Assembly (NCBI GenBank): GCA_047967505.1
Contig: CM106538.1
Source: Dipteris shenzhenensis
Taxonomy: Eukaryota
Direction: 5' to 3' (one strand)
DNA: 64,000 nt
Shown here: piece by piece, positions 51,183 to 64,000 of the stretch
Layout of the letters: each line of letters begins with the position of its first letter
How positions within the stretch are numbered: the first letter of the stretch is position 1
The notes under the pieces: generated by a model
Database searches by the model: none
Told to the model about the DNA's origin: nothing
The model's input: the letters and a program-made list of their open reading frames with translations, nothing else
Made by a program: the position numbers and the translations under genes

Positions 51183-52494
51183 CGATTGCATGAGGTGAAC
51201 TTGTATATGTAGAGATTTTTTCTCTGCTGCATATAGCATGTTACTAGAATTGTCTGACTTTGTATGCAGCTACCGATGTGTGCACGTTGCTTTTACTTTC
51301 AAATGATGTTAAGTCCTCGGTCCCTCATTTAAGGGCATATGCTCGTGGTCGTTATGCTTGAAAGTGGAATCAAGATTTCTCTTATTCCATTATCATTCAA
51401 AGATGCTGATCGAGAGAAATTCACCTTTTTTGTTCATGGGGGCACTAACAGGGAGGAGGGAGAGGCGCCAAGAGGGAGGAACGAAGGTGAGCCGCCGGAG
51501 GGAGGTAGGAAAGCTCATCTCCATCCCTCCCCTCTCTCCGGCGGCTCATCCGCCGTCCCCTAGCATGGAGGGAGTGGCAGGGGCGAATGATCCTTTCCTG
51601 CGTTATTGTCCATGCCCGAGTCATCTACTGAGGGTGGAGAAGCAGTCAATCGTGGGAGAGCAAACAAGGGAGATGGAATCGAATCGGGGCTTCTGCTAGT
51701 CGATGTCTGAGGAGGTGGTGACAAGGCCGTTGAAGGAGTAGGGGATCGCCTCCGAGAGCCGATTCTCGAGAGGAAATAAATAGGCTGGACTGGCCGGGAG
51801 CCGGTCGAGCCGGGTTTCCGACTTGAATCGCCGACTCGAGGCGATTGCTGGGCGTCAACAGATGGGGGAGGTGGATACATGTCAGTGCGAGATTCGGCGA
51901 AATGGTGGCTCTTCCTGACAGCCTGACGCTCCAGCATCTGACATGCGGCGCCGTTTATGCTGCCATGTAGACTTGCTGCCCTGCCGCCGTGACTGTTTGT
52001 CCCGGTCTTTGTTGGAATTTTCCCGATTAACATCTCCCTTGCAAATTACAACTAAGTTGTTGTTGACAGATTGATGATTTTCCTCGTAGCTAGCGCCCGG
52101 TACTATCCTTTGGTTTGTTTCTTAAACATGGTGGGAAAAAGGCTCGTGAGCGGGAGTATCAGCTTAGTCTTTCAGGCTTCGAGTATCAGTCCTACGTCAG
52201 TTCATGCAAAGCCCGTAGTAGCCAGCTCTCTTCGCTGTAGGGAAAGAACCACTTACCAAATGAGTCGCAAACAAGGCCCTCATTTAGCTTAGGTTAATTT
52301 TTATTTCGTTTGCATGACCCCCTTTAGCAATATGATGGATTTTTGGAGGGGAGGGGAGCTAAATAGGGACTACGAGTTGATCTAATGCAATTTCTGAATG
52401 CAGAGACAATTAAACCACAGAATTGCTAACCTATGGAACAAATCCGGTGGAAATCCAATGCATGAATGTGCGGATAATGAATTTTTAAAAATTA

Positions 52495-52950
52495 GTAGAC
52501 CCACTAATTACTAATGTTGTTTACAAAAACATACGTACAAGCCTTGGGTTAAAAAAAACAATTACTAATGTTGTCTACAAAAACATACGAACAAGCCGTG
52601 GGTGGGTTGTTTAAAAAAACCGTGCTGTTAAACAACAAAAGCATACGAACAAAGCCTTGTTACAAAAACATAGAGAAACATATGTATGCCTTGGGTTGTT
52701 TACAAAAACATATGTACAAGCCTTGTATCAATTTCTTTGGTGATTTATGTTGTAATTGCATTGAAGGGTTGACAAGAGATTGCTTTTGGATTGTGTACGA
52801 AAACTTATGTACAAGCCTTGGGTCTACTAATTGTTAAAATTAGTAGACCCATTAGTAGGATATTACCAAAACATACAACAAGCCTTGGATCAATCTCTTT
52901 GGTTATTTATGTTGCAATTGCATTGAAGGGTTGACAAGAGGTTGCTTGGA
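52495..52950. repeat. Degenerate tandem repeats (ACAAAAACATA.G.ACAAGCCTTG core) plus a larger duplication
   Basis: The core recurs ~6 times. TTTATGTTG.AATTGCATTGAAGGGTTGACAAGAG occurs twice. Confidence 0.85.
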
Positions 52951-54899
52951 ATATTACTTGTAGGGTGCATTATGTTTTATGAAAGGCATGTCAAATGACA
53001 ATAAATATAATGACTATGGGCAGAAGAGAGCTCATGCTCATGTACTTGAGTCTATGCATTTACTTCATTGTATAGCTTTTGTAGGATTGCATTCTCACAC
53101 CCTCCAATGTGAAATGACAACAGATTGCTATGGGATACATGTTGTGACCCACATGATGTTTGTGACCATGTGAATTCACATGCTTGCATAGACCTCTTAG
53201 TGTGCATGCACTAGTACAATTAGATTTATTGATGCTTTTTGGCACTGCGGTAATTGTATTCTTATGTAGTACTTTGTTTTGTCCATAGCAGCTGGAGGTT
53301 CCTATGTTTAATTTGGAGTCATTGCTATGCTCGTGGATGGGGGGTAATGTAGCTTGTTGAAAACTTAGGTAGGAACGTTGTTGATAGTAATCACATGTCT
53401 CTTGTTGTCATAGATTGAATACAGTTAATCCACTCCAGTCAATGTGATGATAGACTACACTTCCTCAATGCATGCTATAGGGGAGTATCGATATTATAGA
53501 GGGATACACTAGTATCAATGTGTTTCAGCTATTGCATTCATGCGAAGTTTTCATTTTTAGTGAAGGTTTTGTGACCTTACAAAAGGACCTTTTGTCTTTG
53601 AGCCATTCAAAGATATGAATTTGATGAGGCTCATAAGTTTTTTGCATGCTTTTACTAAAACTAAACAAAACACTACTATACTTCAATGATTAGTGCATTA
53701 TTTTACAATACCTTGCTAAATTTTACTATTTAATGAGTTGCTTTACATATAGCCATATCATATTCTATTAAATTACATCCCTATAGCACAACATTTACAA
53801 GCATCCGTACAACACAACATTCAGCCACCTACTCAAAGCACACAATGTACATGCTATTACTATCAAACAAAAGATACAATCGACTCGCCGAATGAACCTA
53901 CCCTTGCAGCGGCAGTCGACCACCCCTGAGACCCACAAAGAATTTGTTGATTGCTAAACCTCGTTTAAGGAACTCTAGAAATGACACTAACTAAAATTGT
54001 AACCAACGACATCTAATAATATACCAATGCAGTGAAAAAAAATGATGCTCGAAGATCTCATGTACACACAAAGCCCGCCTACATAAAAGAAGCGATGAGA
54101 CACACACCACAGAAGTTCAAGCACATAAACAAGGCTCTAAAAAATAGTGTCGCATGAAGAAAACATGGAAGCACATGGATTAGCTCAAGGCTTGACCCAC
54201 ACAGATGACATTTTAAACCATGATGACCGGGCCAAGAAAAGTCCTTTTAAAAAATCCATGAAACACTTATGATAAGAGGAAACACGCTTTTGTGACTGAC
54301 AAGCACACCAAGCTTAGCCTACATTAGCAAAACCAATACAGAAACCATAAGAAATGAAACTTAGACATCACTTAGCACAGACCCAGGCAAAGCTCACTTA
54401 CACTCATAGCACATGGTTTGAGCAAAGATTTCGACACCACATTAAGTAGTAAAACAAGCAATGAATGACAAAGACTGCATGATAACACTTCTCAAAAAAG
54501 CTAGAACCTCCAACCCACACAAGTAGAGAAGGAGAATGATGACTGACTACATGAAACAAGCTCCAGCAATAGTGACTATAGGAAAGGAGACATGACAAAA
54601 GATGCAAGCTCCACACTGATAACACACCAAGGAAGACATTAAGAAATGTTGCAACAACTTCAAACCACTACTAAGGGCCTGAGCACATGGATGGGATGAG
54701 CATGGGTTTAGTGGAATTTGTTTGTCATCAATACTCCCATTCTAGGCCAAGTGGTCTAGACCACTTGGTCATCAATACTCCCATTCTAGACCAAGTGGTC
54801 TCGAATGGGTTTAGGATAGGAATGGCTCCCATAGGCTAGTGGCTAGGATTATGCGAGGGGGTACTTTCAGGAGCAAGAGGTTGAGTAGAGGCAAACACG

Positions 54900-55400
54900 A
54901 GGGTAGTATAATTTTACTCCTTGGGAATATCTTTTGGGTAGGCAATGTGAATCGGTTCAAAATTTCTCATGCTAGATTTAAACATCCGTTGCATGGCTTT
55001 GAGGGTGCGGTTGTATAGATTATAACGCCAGTGGAGTGATATTGCTGGACATTATTGTAAAGCATATCTACACGAGTTCTCATGGCCTATTGGCATCCCT
55101 GGTGTTGCAACCACCCAAGGTCATTGGCCAAGAATGTGGATTGCAAGGCTAGGTATCCAAGTTGTCAAGCTTAGCGAGTTGTGAAATGTCCTTCTCAAAG
55201 GCAAAACTTGAGGACTCTTGGATTATCCTACACCAAGCTTGGAACTTTGCAATAATTGGGTGTAGGTTAAGTTCACAAATGTGTCGATGGCTCATTCTAG
55301 GGTGAGCTCACTATCCTTGAAAAAGGACATGGCCAAAACAGACAGGAAAAAAATGTTATGGTGCCCAAAAGATGAAGTCTTGTGGTTAGCCGAGTTGTGT
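54900..55400 (-). mobile_element. Possible very decayed LINE RT fragment
   Basis: Minus strand holds frameshifted remnants resembling KLDFEKAFD and QGCP. No YADD seen. Confidence 0.25.
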
Positions 55401-56699
55401 AGTTTTACAGGACTGTAGTGAAGAACTTGTTCTGATCTATCGTTTTTGTTAAAAGTTCTCCAAGACATTTGTATATATTTGACTTTTTAATATAAACCCT
55501 CATTTTTTGAAAAAAAAATGTGGTGGTGGTGGAGAAAGGCTTGGAAAGAATTAGGAGGGAGGGATACGGTGAAGTCAAGGTGGTAGTGTGTGGATTGTGT
55601 AGTGAGTGTGACGTAGTGGTGTGTGAATGTGTCCTATGCATGGGCCAAGCGAGTGGCGGGATAACGGGCTCTGTGCATGAGCCATACAAATTCATCTGCC
55701 TATTGCCTATTCAGATAAGAGTAATCTAGTGTGGGCCCTTGATTTAAGAAAGCTACCCCCTACCGTAGCTGCTAGTTACGGTCTCTTTCTGTGTGGAGGC
55801 CATCTTGCAGGGATGAAATCTATATATGATATGCCAATTCTTGCTTCTCATCCTCTACCCAATACACCTCAAAATACCATCTACTATGTCAGATAGTGCT
55901 CTTGAGTAGTGAGGTATCTTCGAGTTACCTCCTTGTTGCAGCTTTTTTCCTCTGGTAGTTGGTCTTCCACTTGTTTAAGGTAGGCTTGCATCTCGTTCGC
56001 CTACTCTTAGTACTTCTTAGCTACCAGAGAACTGGATTTTCCTACTACTTGAGTGGTTACTACATTGTTTTAAAAAAAAAATCAACTATTGGTGCAACCC
56101 ATTGTTGTGGAGATTAGCCATTGAGTTGGGCGGCCATGGTAGCTTGCACTTCTTCGCATCATTGGAAGACATTGAGGGCCATTTGCTCATACTGGCACAC
56201 TGCCACATGCATGCCTCAACCAGATGAGAGCCGGAAGAAAACATCTCTTCTCCATGATCCCCATAGGAGATTACCAAAAAATCACCTCCAACTTTACCAT
56301 TCGAGTTGTGTGGCGTCATTTCAGTTGTGATGGACTTTCCCATTCTCCACTTTGTCCCCGCTGTTTGGAACGCATGTACCCTTGAACAAGCTCACAACTT
56401 ACTACCCTAACTAAATCATTGCATGCACATAAATATGATCATCCATCCACAAAAAAAGAAGAGCCAAGAAGAGAAACGGGTGAGATCCATGGCAGTTTCA
56501 TCGTTGAACACCAAAGCAGTTTGAAAACCACGCCGTGCAGGAAATACAAGGGCAAGAAATGGTTGCCAATCAAGAGTTAACATGCAAATGGGAGCCACAA
56601 AAACCAACCAATCACAAATTAGGAAGAAAACAAAATGTATATGTGAATTTTCACTTCTCTAACAAGCCCTGAACATTACTATAGCCTTCCCACCAGGGT

Positions 56700-59600
56700 A
56701 GGCCAAAAAGGCAAGTACACCCAAGGAAGCATGGGATATCATACGCAAGGTGTATGGGACTAGCACGAAAGCCAAGAGGATTCAGCGTAAGTAGTGATTA
56801 CATGGCATGTGAAGAGGTAATCATGCCATCATTGACTATATGGCTGAGATGAGACAAATTGTAGATGATCTAGCATCTATAAATTGTAGAGGGTCTGGCA
56901 TATATAAATTGCCCAATAGAGGATGATGACTTGGTGTCAGTCACATTGAATGGTTTAGGCCAGCAATACAAATCTTTGGATACATCCATTTCTGTGAGAG
57001 GAGCCATGCCTGATTTTGAAGAATTGGTGGCATTATGCATGATACAATAAGTGAAATTGGGATTACAAGGCCCTAGCAACAGTGGCTCTAGTGGCAGGGA
57101 TCATGTGTTTTATCATGATAGAGGCAAAGGCTCATCTAGAGGTCATGATGGATCAACTATAGGAAGAGGTTCTGATTCTCATGCTTATGTAGTGGAAATA
57201 GTATGCATAGAGGTGCACATACCATGCCTAGAGGTAGGGGTTCACATCGAGTTAGAGGCTTTGCAAACTCACCCAAGAGAGATGATACAGGTCATTATTG
57301 TGCCATATATGGGAATTATGAAAGGGACTACTATCATAAGAAGAATGATGATGCAAGAGGCAGAGGAAGAGGAAGGCATAAATTCAGCCACTATGCAAGC
57401 TATGATGATGCAAGATATGCTTACAGAGAAGACATGGCTAGAGCAAGGTGTGATGGATGCATTTTTTCCATGAAGCAAGTCATGGGTAGCATGATGCCTG
57501 CATGTAAAAGACATGTGTGGTTCATTGACTCAAGATGCACAAACTACATGTCCTCTTATGAGGAGTGGCTTGATAAAAAGGAATGTATGCCTATAGCTAA
57601 AAATGTGGCTATAGGTGATGACTCTTTACATGGGATAACACATGTTGGATCTATTCCACTAGTGACCAAATATGGTGTTGAAGTAGGTTGGGAGGTGTTT
57701 TATGTGTGCCTACTATTACTAAAAATCTTGCCTCAGTTGGACAAAAGTATTACACTATATTTATTTTCTTGAGAGAGAAGAGTGATGCATTCCAGATGTT
57801 TGTGAAGTTTAAGGTATTGGGGCTGAGAAGAATACTAGCTATTACATAAAATGTTTAGGCTCAGATTGAGGAGGTGAATATATATCACATGAGTTTGATG
57901 CTTATCCCCAGAATCATGGGATTAGAAGGCATGTCACATGTAGGTATACATCACAGTAGAATGGTGTTACTGAAAATAAAAATAGGATAATTCTAGAGAT
58001 TGCTAGAGCCATGATGAATGAGATGTATGTCTCACTTTATGAATGGTTTGAGGGAGTGAATATAGTCGTACATATCATGAACAGGACACCCATAGCATTG
58101 ACACATGGAAAGATACCATATGAAAAGTATGTGGAAAGCCTATAGTTACTTACTTCAAAGTGTGATTTGACAATGGAAGTTGGGAGGAAATCAGGAAGAA
58201 AATGGATCCACGGGCTATAAAATGCATCTTCATTGGTTATGTAGATGAAAAGGAGTAGATGCCTAAACCCACCAAGGAGGTGTACATTAGTAGAGATCTT
58301 GTGTTTGCTGAAAATGAAGGATGGTATATGCTCATAGACATGATGATATGCCTACTCACAACATTGCCAAACAAGTGAGCCAAGAAAGAGGATAGACATG
58401 CTGATATGCCTACTCATAACATTTCCAAACAAGTGAGCCAGGAATTGTCTGGTCCCTCAAATAAGGAGGAGGGTTTTTCAAATGTCAACCCATGGATAGG
58501 TAGGATGAGATATAATGCAAAGGAGAAAGGTAATATGAGGACATACATGTGGAAAATTCTAGTGATACTAGTGTTGATGAGGAGTATGGATTACCACTGA
58601 TATCTACTCCACAATTGAAGAAAAGTGATGGAAAATATTTACCACCTCATGCAAGGAAAGGAGAAGATGAATTATAGAAACCATTATGAATATCTTAAAG
58701 CCCAATATAAAGGTTTCAAGAGGATGCACTATGCCTACATGACATCTAAAATTCAGCATGTGGAGCTAGCTAGTTTTGAAGAAGCCATTGGGAGTAAAGA
58801 ATGGGAAAAGGCAATGGATGAGGAAGTGAGTGCTTTGGAGAAAAATAAAACTTGGGATCTTGTGAAATTGCCACATGCAAAAAGAAGGCTATAGGGTTTA
58901 GGGTGTATAAAGTAAAATAAAACTTGGGATCTTGTGAAATTGCCACACCCAGAAAGAAGGCCATGGGATGCAAATGGGTATATAAAGCAAACTACAAATC
59001 AGATAGAATTTGGAGAGATACAAAGCAAGACTAGTGGTGGCTAAATGATATGCACAGACACAAGGGTTAGATTATGATGATACATTTAGCATGGTCGCCA
59101 AAATGACACCCATAAGAGTCGTGATTGCCCTGACTGCTATGTGTGGTTGGATGCTTTATTAGATGGATGTTAAAAATGCCTTTCTTAATAGAACATTAAT
59201 GGAGGAAGTGTATATGCAACATTTACAGAGCTACATACATCCAAAGTTTCCAAATCATGTGTGTTAGCTAAAAAGAGCATTATATGGATTGAAGCAGGCT
59301 CCAAGAGCCTATAGCAAAAGGATTAGTAGTTTTTATTGAGCTTCAAATATAGCCGATCAAAGACTGATTAATCATTATTTGTGAAGCACATGGAGCATGG
59401 GATTATGGTCATTGTGATTTACATTGATGACCTTATTATCACAACAATTGATGATCACACTAAAATTATAGTCATCAAGAAAAGGTTAGCAAGTGAATTT
59501 GACATGGACTTGGGACTGCTGCCCGGTGAGATATTTTTTGGGGATAGATGTGATTCATACACCTGCCTGTATGTGGATGATACAAAGACAGTATGCCTTG

Positions 59601-60480
59601 GATATGCAAACAGATATGGGATGACTGCATGTAAACCTATTGATACTCCACTTAACTAGAATCTCAAGTGGGTGGATGAGTGCATGTAAACTTGTTGATA
59701 CTCCACTTGACTAGAATCTCAAGTGGGTGGATGATGGCAACTATATTGAGGATGTGACTATGTACAGGAGGATGGTAGGTAGTTTGATTTACCTAATCAG
59801 TACTAGGCTTAATTTGAGCTATGTAGTTGGCATAGTGAGCTAGTTTATGTAGAGGCTGTGTAGGAGTCATGTGAACGTAGTCAAATAGATCTTGAGATAT
59901 GTCAAAGCTACCTTATGCTATGGGATAGGTTATACAAAGGATAATGATGTATATTTGCATGGGTATATAGATGCAAGTTGGGTTCGCAATGCAGTGGACA
60001 TGAGATCATTGGTGGCTATGCATTTTCATTTGGCAGTGCAACAGTTAGCTAGTGTGGTAAGGAGCAACCAATTATTTCCCTATCTAGCACTAAGGTTGAG
60101 TAGAGATGAGTAGACTTCGTTGAGGATGCTACTTCTTGATTTTGGGATATTAATTGATGGTAGTGTTGTCTAAAATGTGACAAGAAAAGTGGCATCATGC
60201 TTTCTAAAAACCCGATATACCATGCAAGAACGAAACATACTAAGGTTCATTACCAATACATCATGGAAGAAGAGGTAAGTGGAGAAATAGATGTGTACGT
60301 AAAGACCAATGAACAGGTAGCAGACATATTTACCAAAGCACTCCCATGCATTAGGCATTCATGTGCAAGCTCATTCCAAGCTTGAGAGAGAGTGTTGACA
60401 TGTACTACTTTGATGGATATGGGTATGAATGTATAAGTGATATGGGTGGAGATAAGATAAGGGTGCACTTCCCCATGTGG
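56700..60480 (+). mobile_element. Highly decayed Ty1/Copia retrotransposon (gag, PR, partial IN, RT, RNaseH, PPT, LTR start)
   Basis: TPKEAWDI (gag); WFIDSRCTNYM; EWEKAMDEE..KNKTWDLV; IYIDDLII; YHARTKH..ADIFTKAL; PPT GAGAGAGAG followed by TGTTGACA at 60393. Confidence 0.9.
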
Positions 60481-61483
60481 ATGGTTGATGGACGAACCAT
60501 TGATAGACCTGAACTGTAGGCGACCAGAGTCTGGCCTAGAGGACTTTCTATCCCATAGTATCACCGACAAAATGTCCTCCAACCAACCCTTGATGTGCCT
60601 CTCATAGAATTACTAATTGTTCATGCAACAACTTACATTAATGATGAAGAACTTTGTTCAGACCAAGATGATAAAGAGAAACGGTGATAGTACCAAAGTT
60701 CTCATAGGGTGAGTTGCTTGTGCTTGTCATGGGACAGATATCAACTAGGGATTCCAATTTTGATGAGCTGTAACATATCATTGTACTATGTTGGGACAAA
60801 GGCAAGGACACTATCTTTCATCTGCCGGCACCACTGGTGGTGCTCCATCCGGCACCTCGATGAGCACTTCATATTCCGTGACTGCAATTGCAAATAGGTC
60901 TACGTCCACAAAATTATCCATGAATAGGTCGGTTCATTCGCCACTCTTCATGTTGCAAGCTACTTGGAGGAGTTGAAGGATCTCCTTGCCATGCTCACTC
61001 TAGGCATATGCAAGAATCGTGGCATTGTGATACCACATTCCTTTTTGTATGTACTTTCCTTATCAAGACTCCTTATCCTGTACATGTTAAGAAGGGTTGT
61101 CCATACAACATTGTTGGGTTACTAGTCTACTTTGATGCTTGTGCTTTGATCTCTTTTGACGTACCCTCTTTGTGCTCCTAGAGACCACATCGTGTTGTTT
61201 CTACAAGCATTGCCCTTGCATCAATCGAGCTCTAGTCTATGCGTATTGATGAATGAGCAGTATCCCTTTGTTGTCTACACATTAGGGGAGAATTGGGGTC
61301 TCAAAAGGGCCTCATAAGGAATGGATTAGGGAATGCTTAGTGGGCTAATGCAAGGGGCTTGGAGGGTCCCAAAGAGGCCTAACTAGCCCAACCTAGGTGG
61401 GTTAAGCCCACATTTGAGCCCACCTCTCCCCCCATCAATGAGGGGAGGGGGCCACTTTTTGAAATTTGAATTTCAAATTTCGA

Positions 61484-61950
61484 ATCTCCCTCCCTCCCTC
61501 TCTCTTTCTCCCTCCCTCCCTCTCTCTCCCTCCCTCCCTACCTCCCTCCCTCCTCCTCCTCCCTCTCCCTCTCCCTCTCCCTCCCTCCCCCTCCCTCCTC
61601 CTCTCCCCTCCTCCGTCTTCCTCCTCCTCCTCCCTCCTCCCTCTCCCCTCCTCCTCCTTCTGGCTCCTCCTCCTCCTTCTAGCTCGTTCTCCCTCCTTCC
61701 TCTCCCCTCCTTCTCCAGCCGCCCAGGATCCCTCTCCTCTACTCCTCCCTCCTGTAGAATCTCTCCCCTCCTCCTCCCTCTTGTAGCATCTGTCCCCTCC
61801 TCCTCGCTTCTACAGCAGCTCCTTCCCTCCCTTCTACACCTGTCGCCCTACTCTTCTCCTCCTCTTCCTCTTGCCCTCATTTGCTTCCCCTCCTCCCTCT
61901 TCGTTGCTACTCTCTCCCTCTCACTGCTCCATCTTTGCCAGCTCTCCCCT
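61484..61950 (+). repeat. ~470-bp polypyrimidine (CT/CCT) low-complexity tract upstream of the transposase-like ORF
   Basis: Directly visible; source of the P/S/L-rich ORFs 61414 and 61466. Confidence 0.92.
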
Positions 61951-61991
61951 ACATTTTAGCCTGCATCACTGATACCTCTCTTTGAGTACTC

Positions 61992-64000
61992 ATGGCACCA
62001 TTCGAGGACATATCCAACAAGTACCATGTGAACCTACATTTGGAGGCAGAATATGCAAGCACACGCTCTTTGGGATATAGTGGAACTCCTCAAAGTGTGC
62101 TCCACAGTCTTTGATTGCAAGGGAAGAAGCATCTTGACCTTTGGGTGGATGGAAACTTGTATCCTTTAGACCCTACCACCCAAAAGAGTCCTCCTTTTTA
62201 TACAGTGCATGATGTTGTTCGGTTTGTTGGCAAGGGACATGCTGGATTGCTCGGTTATTGCAATCGATTGAACTATTCTCAGACATTGGCTATGCAAGCA
62301 AGCGAGGTGCAGAGAGCCCAAGCAGAAGAACTTGCACATTTGGGAAATATTACTATTGTGGCAATGCATAATAGTATGCAGGATCTCCAATTGCAAAACA
62401 AAGAACTCAGTGACAAAGCACATACACTGGACTTGGAGCGACATGAATTGGAAGAATCAATCCAAAAGCTTGCTGAAAGCAAACAAGATTTGGAAAGGTC
62501 TATCTATGGCCAAGTTGAACGTGCTGTGGAGAAGGAACGAGAGAAGTCGATAGAACGAGTACAAAAGTTGAAGGGAACACCTTTGGGACTGAAGGAGAGG
62601 GAAAGACAATTGCAATCTATGGATACATTGTCAACCAATAATGGTGCCCGAAAGAGGAGAATATGGGCTGCAAGGTTAGTTCCCCAAATTTTCAATGAAA
62701 TTTCTTACCCCAAAATATTTGTCGTGTTGCATTCTTTCCACTAAGACTCATTTGTACTCTAGGAATTTCATGGAGGATGTGATGGGAACAATGGAAATGG
62801 ATGATAGTGATCCTTCATATGTTCTAAGAAGTTTAATAAAGCCAAGTGATGTCATGGAAGTGTTGAAGGACCCTAGACAAAAAGGGCTATGTAAACAAGT
62901 TGCTAGAGAGGTAATGAAGGATTTCAAGGGCCTCGTCCAAGCAAAGGAGGTGCTTGGAGCTTGTGATGCTACTGGTGTAAGTCGTGAAGCTTACAACTCT
63001 GTTTTTAAAATTTTCAAGTCTGCTATGGAGGAAAAGTATAAGATATCTACAATGCCATTGCCAACACCGTGGTCTGTAAGGCTTGCACGTCAAGAAACAA
63101 ACCAATGTGCTAGAGAAAAGATTGGAGGATACCATTGTGTACGTGGCACAATGACTTGGAAGAGTAAAAAGAAATCTGGCATCCAAATGTTTGAGATGAA
63201 TGCTTTCAATAATGTTTACGTGGATGTAGAGAATTTGCAGAGAGCCATGGTCAAATTCTATGGGATGAGACAAGAAGGTAAGAGAAATTCCCTCCACATT
63301 CAACTTTATTTCTTCTGATTTCTATATCCTTACTGAATTTCTCTTTCATTGTATAGATGGCAAGCTAGTATTTGTTATAAAAATGGATGAAGCTCAGTTG
63401 GTAAAAGAGCACAAGCTAGAGACGGCGGTGAGCATTTGTATTATGAACGACACCTTGCGTTTTGCTCAAGGGGATGAGGAATTTGAGCAGGGTTTCTCAG
63501 TCCAATCTGAGAAGGATATATGGTGGCTTGTAGCCTTTGAGACCCCAAAGGAGTGCCATGAGACATTGAAGTGGGTTTTGGAGAGAACCGGCATCCCATC
63601 GACCACTCTCAGAAGATGCAAAAGGGAAGCCTACAGTGGGAAAATGGCATCCTTTCTTGCAACCAAAGTGCAACCCCTGATCATCACAAAATGGATCCTA
63701 AGTGGGACCCCATTCTACCAATTCCATTGGAGTGGGTACACATGTGTACTTTGCATGTTGAGTTGCGTATACTTGATAACTTACTCTATCTCCATCTAGT
63801 TTATGTTTGGAATTTGAGGCCATAGCAAGTATCTGCACAATGCATTGCAAAAGCTGAAGAACTACGATCACTAATGGGACTTCACGGAGGCAATGTGAAG
63901 CTTAAGCAGGACAAGAAACAATTAGGAAAGACACAAAATCTTCCTGCTAAAGTGTCCATGGGTGGACGAAAGGCAAGGAGGTTCTTGTCCAACCACAATG
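61992..64000 (+). mobile_element. Decayed, intron-containing RAG1/Transib/Chapaev-like DDE transposase (runs off the window end); exons 61992-62674, 62763-63277, 63357->64000
   Basis: GT-AG introns 62675-62762 and 63278-63356 join the ORFs in frame. Ordered motifs: VSREAY..LPTPWSV, FVIKMDE, QSE..KECHETL, PILPIPL..CTLHVELRI, MGGRKARRFLSNH. Stops at 62112 and 63823 and a frameshift near 63600. Confidence 0.65.

Noticed and set aside
61414-61959. Pro/Ser/Leu-rich ORFs resembling extensin
   Set aside because: Translation of a CT/CCT low-complexity tract.
63993-64000. CACAATG (Transib-like heptamer) at the window end
   Set aside because: It lies inside the transposase reading frame (..SNHN), so it is coincidental.

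Overview
Repeat-rich land-plant nuclear DNA. A seed-free plant such as a fern is plausible from its style (dense (CA)n/(GA)n microsatellites, a TE-filled intron), but this is inference only. There are two intact-looking host genes: a 3-exon cinnamate 4-hydroxylase (CYP73A, minus strand, 19744-18036, 509 aa) and a 4-exon Mg-chelatase subunit I (CHLI, plus strand, proposed 44608-51182, 435 aa). The rest is mostly decayed mobile DNA: three large Ty1/Copia remnants, a gag-only Copia-type element in tandem arrangement, an Athila-type LTR+PBS, Gypsy and possibly LINE fragments, a ~3.6-kb local duplication (191-3767 vs 14244-17816), and many tandem and inverted repeats. Three observations stand out. 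(1) A spliced, decayed ORF at 61992-64000 carries, in the right order, motifs of the RAG1/Transib/Chapaev-type DDE transposase core, a family not normally catalogued in plants. (2) A spliced Sola2-like transposase fragment at ~7.5-8.66 kb is interrupted by a Copia element. (3) CHLI intron 3 is bounded by a perfect 13-bp direct repeat, suggesting intron gain. All calls were made by eye and by motif recall; no database searches were run.
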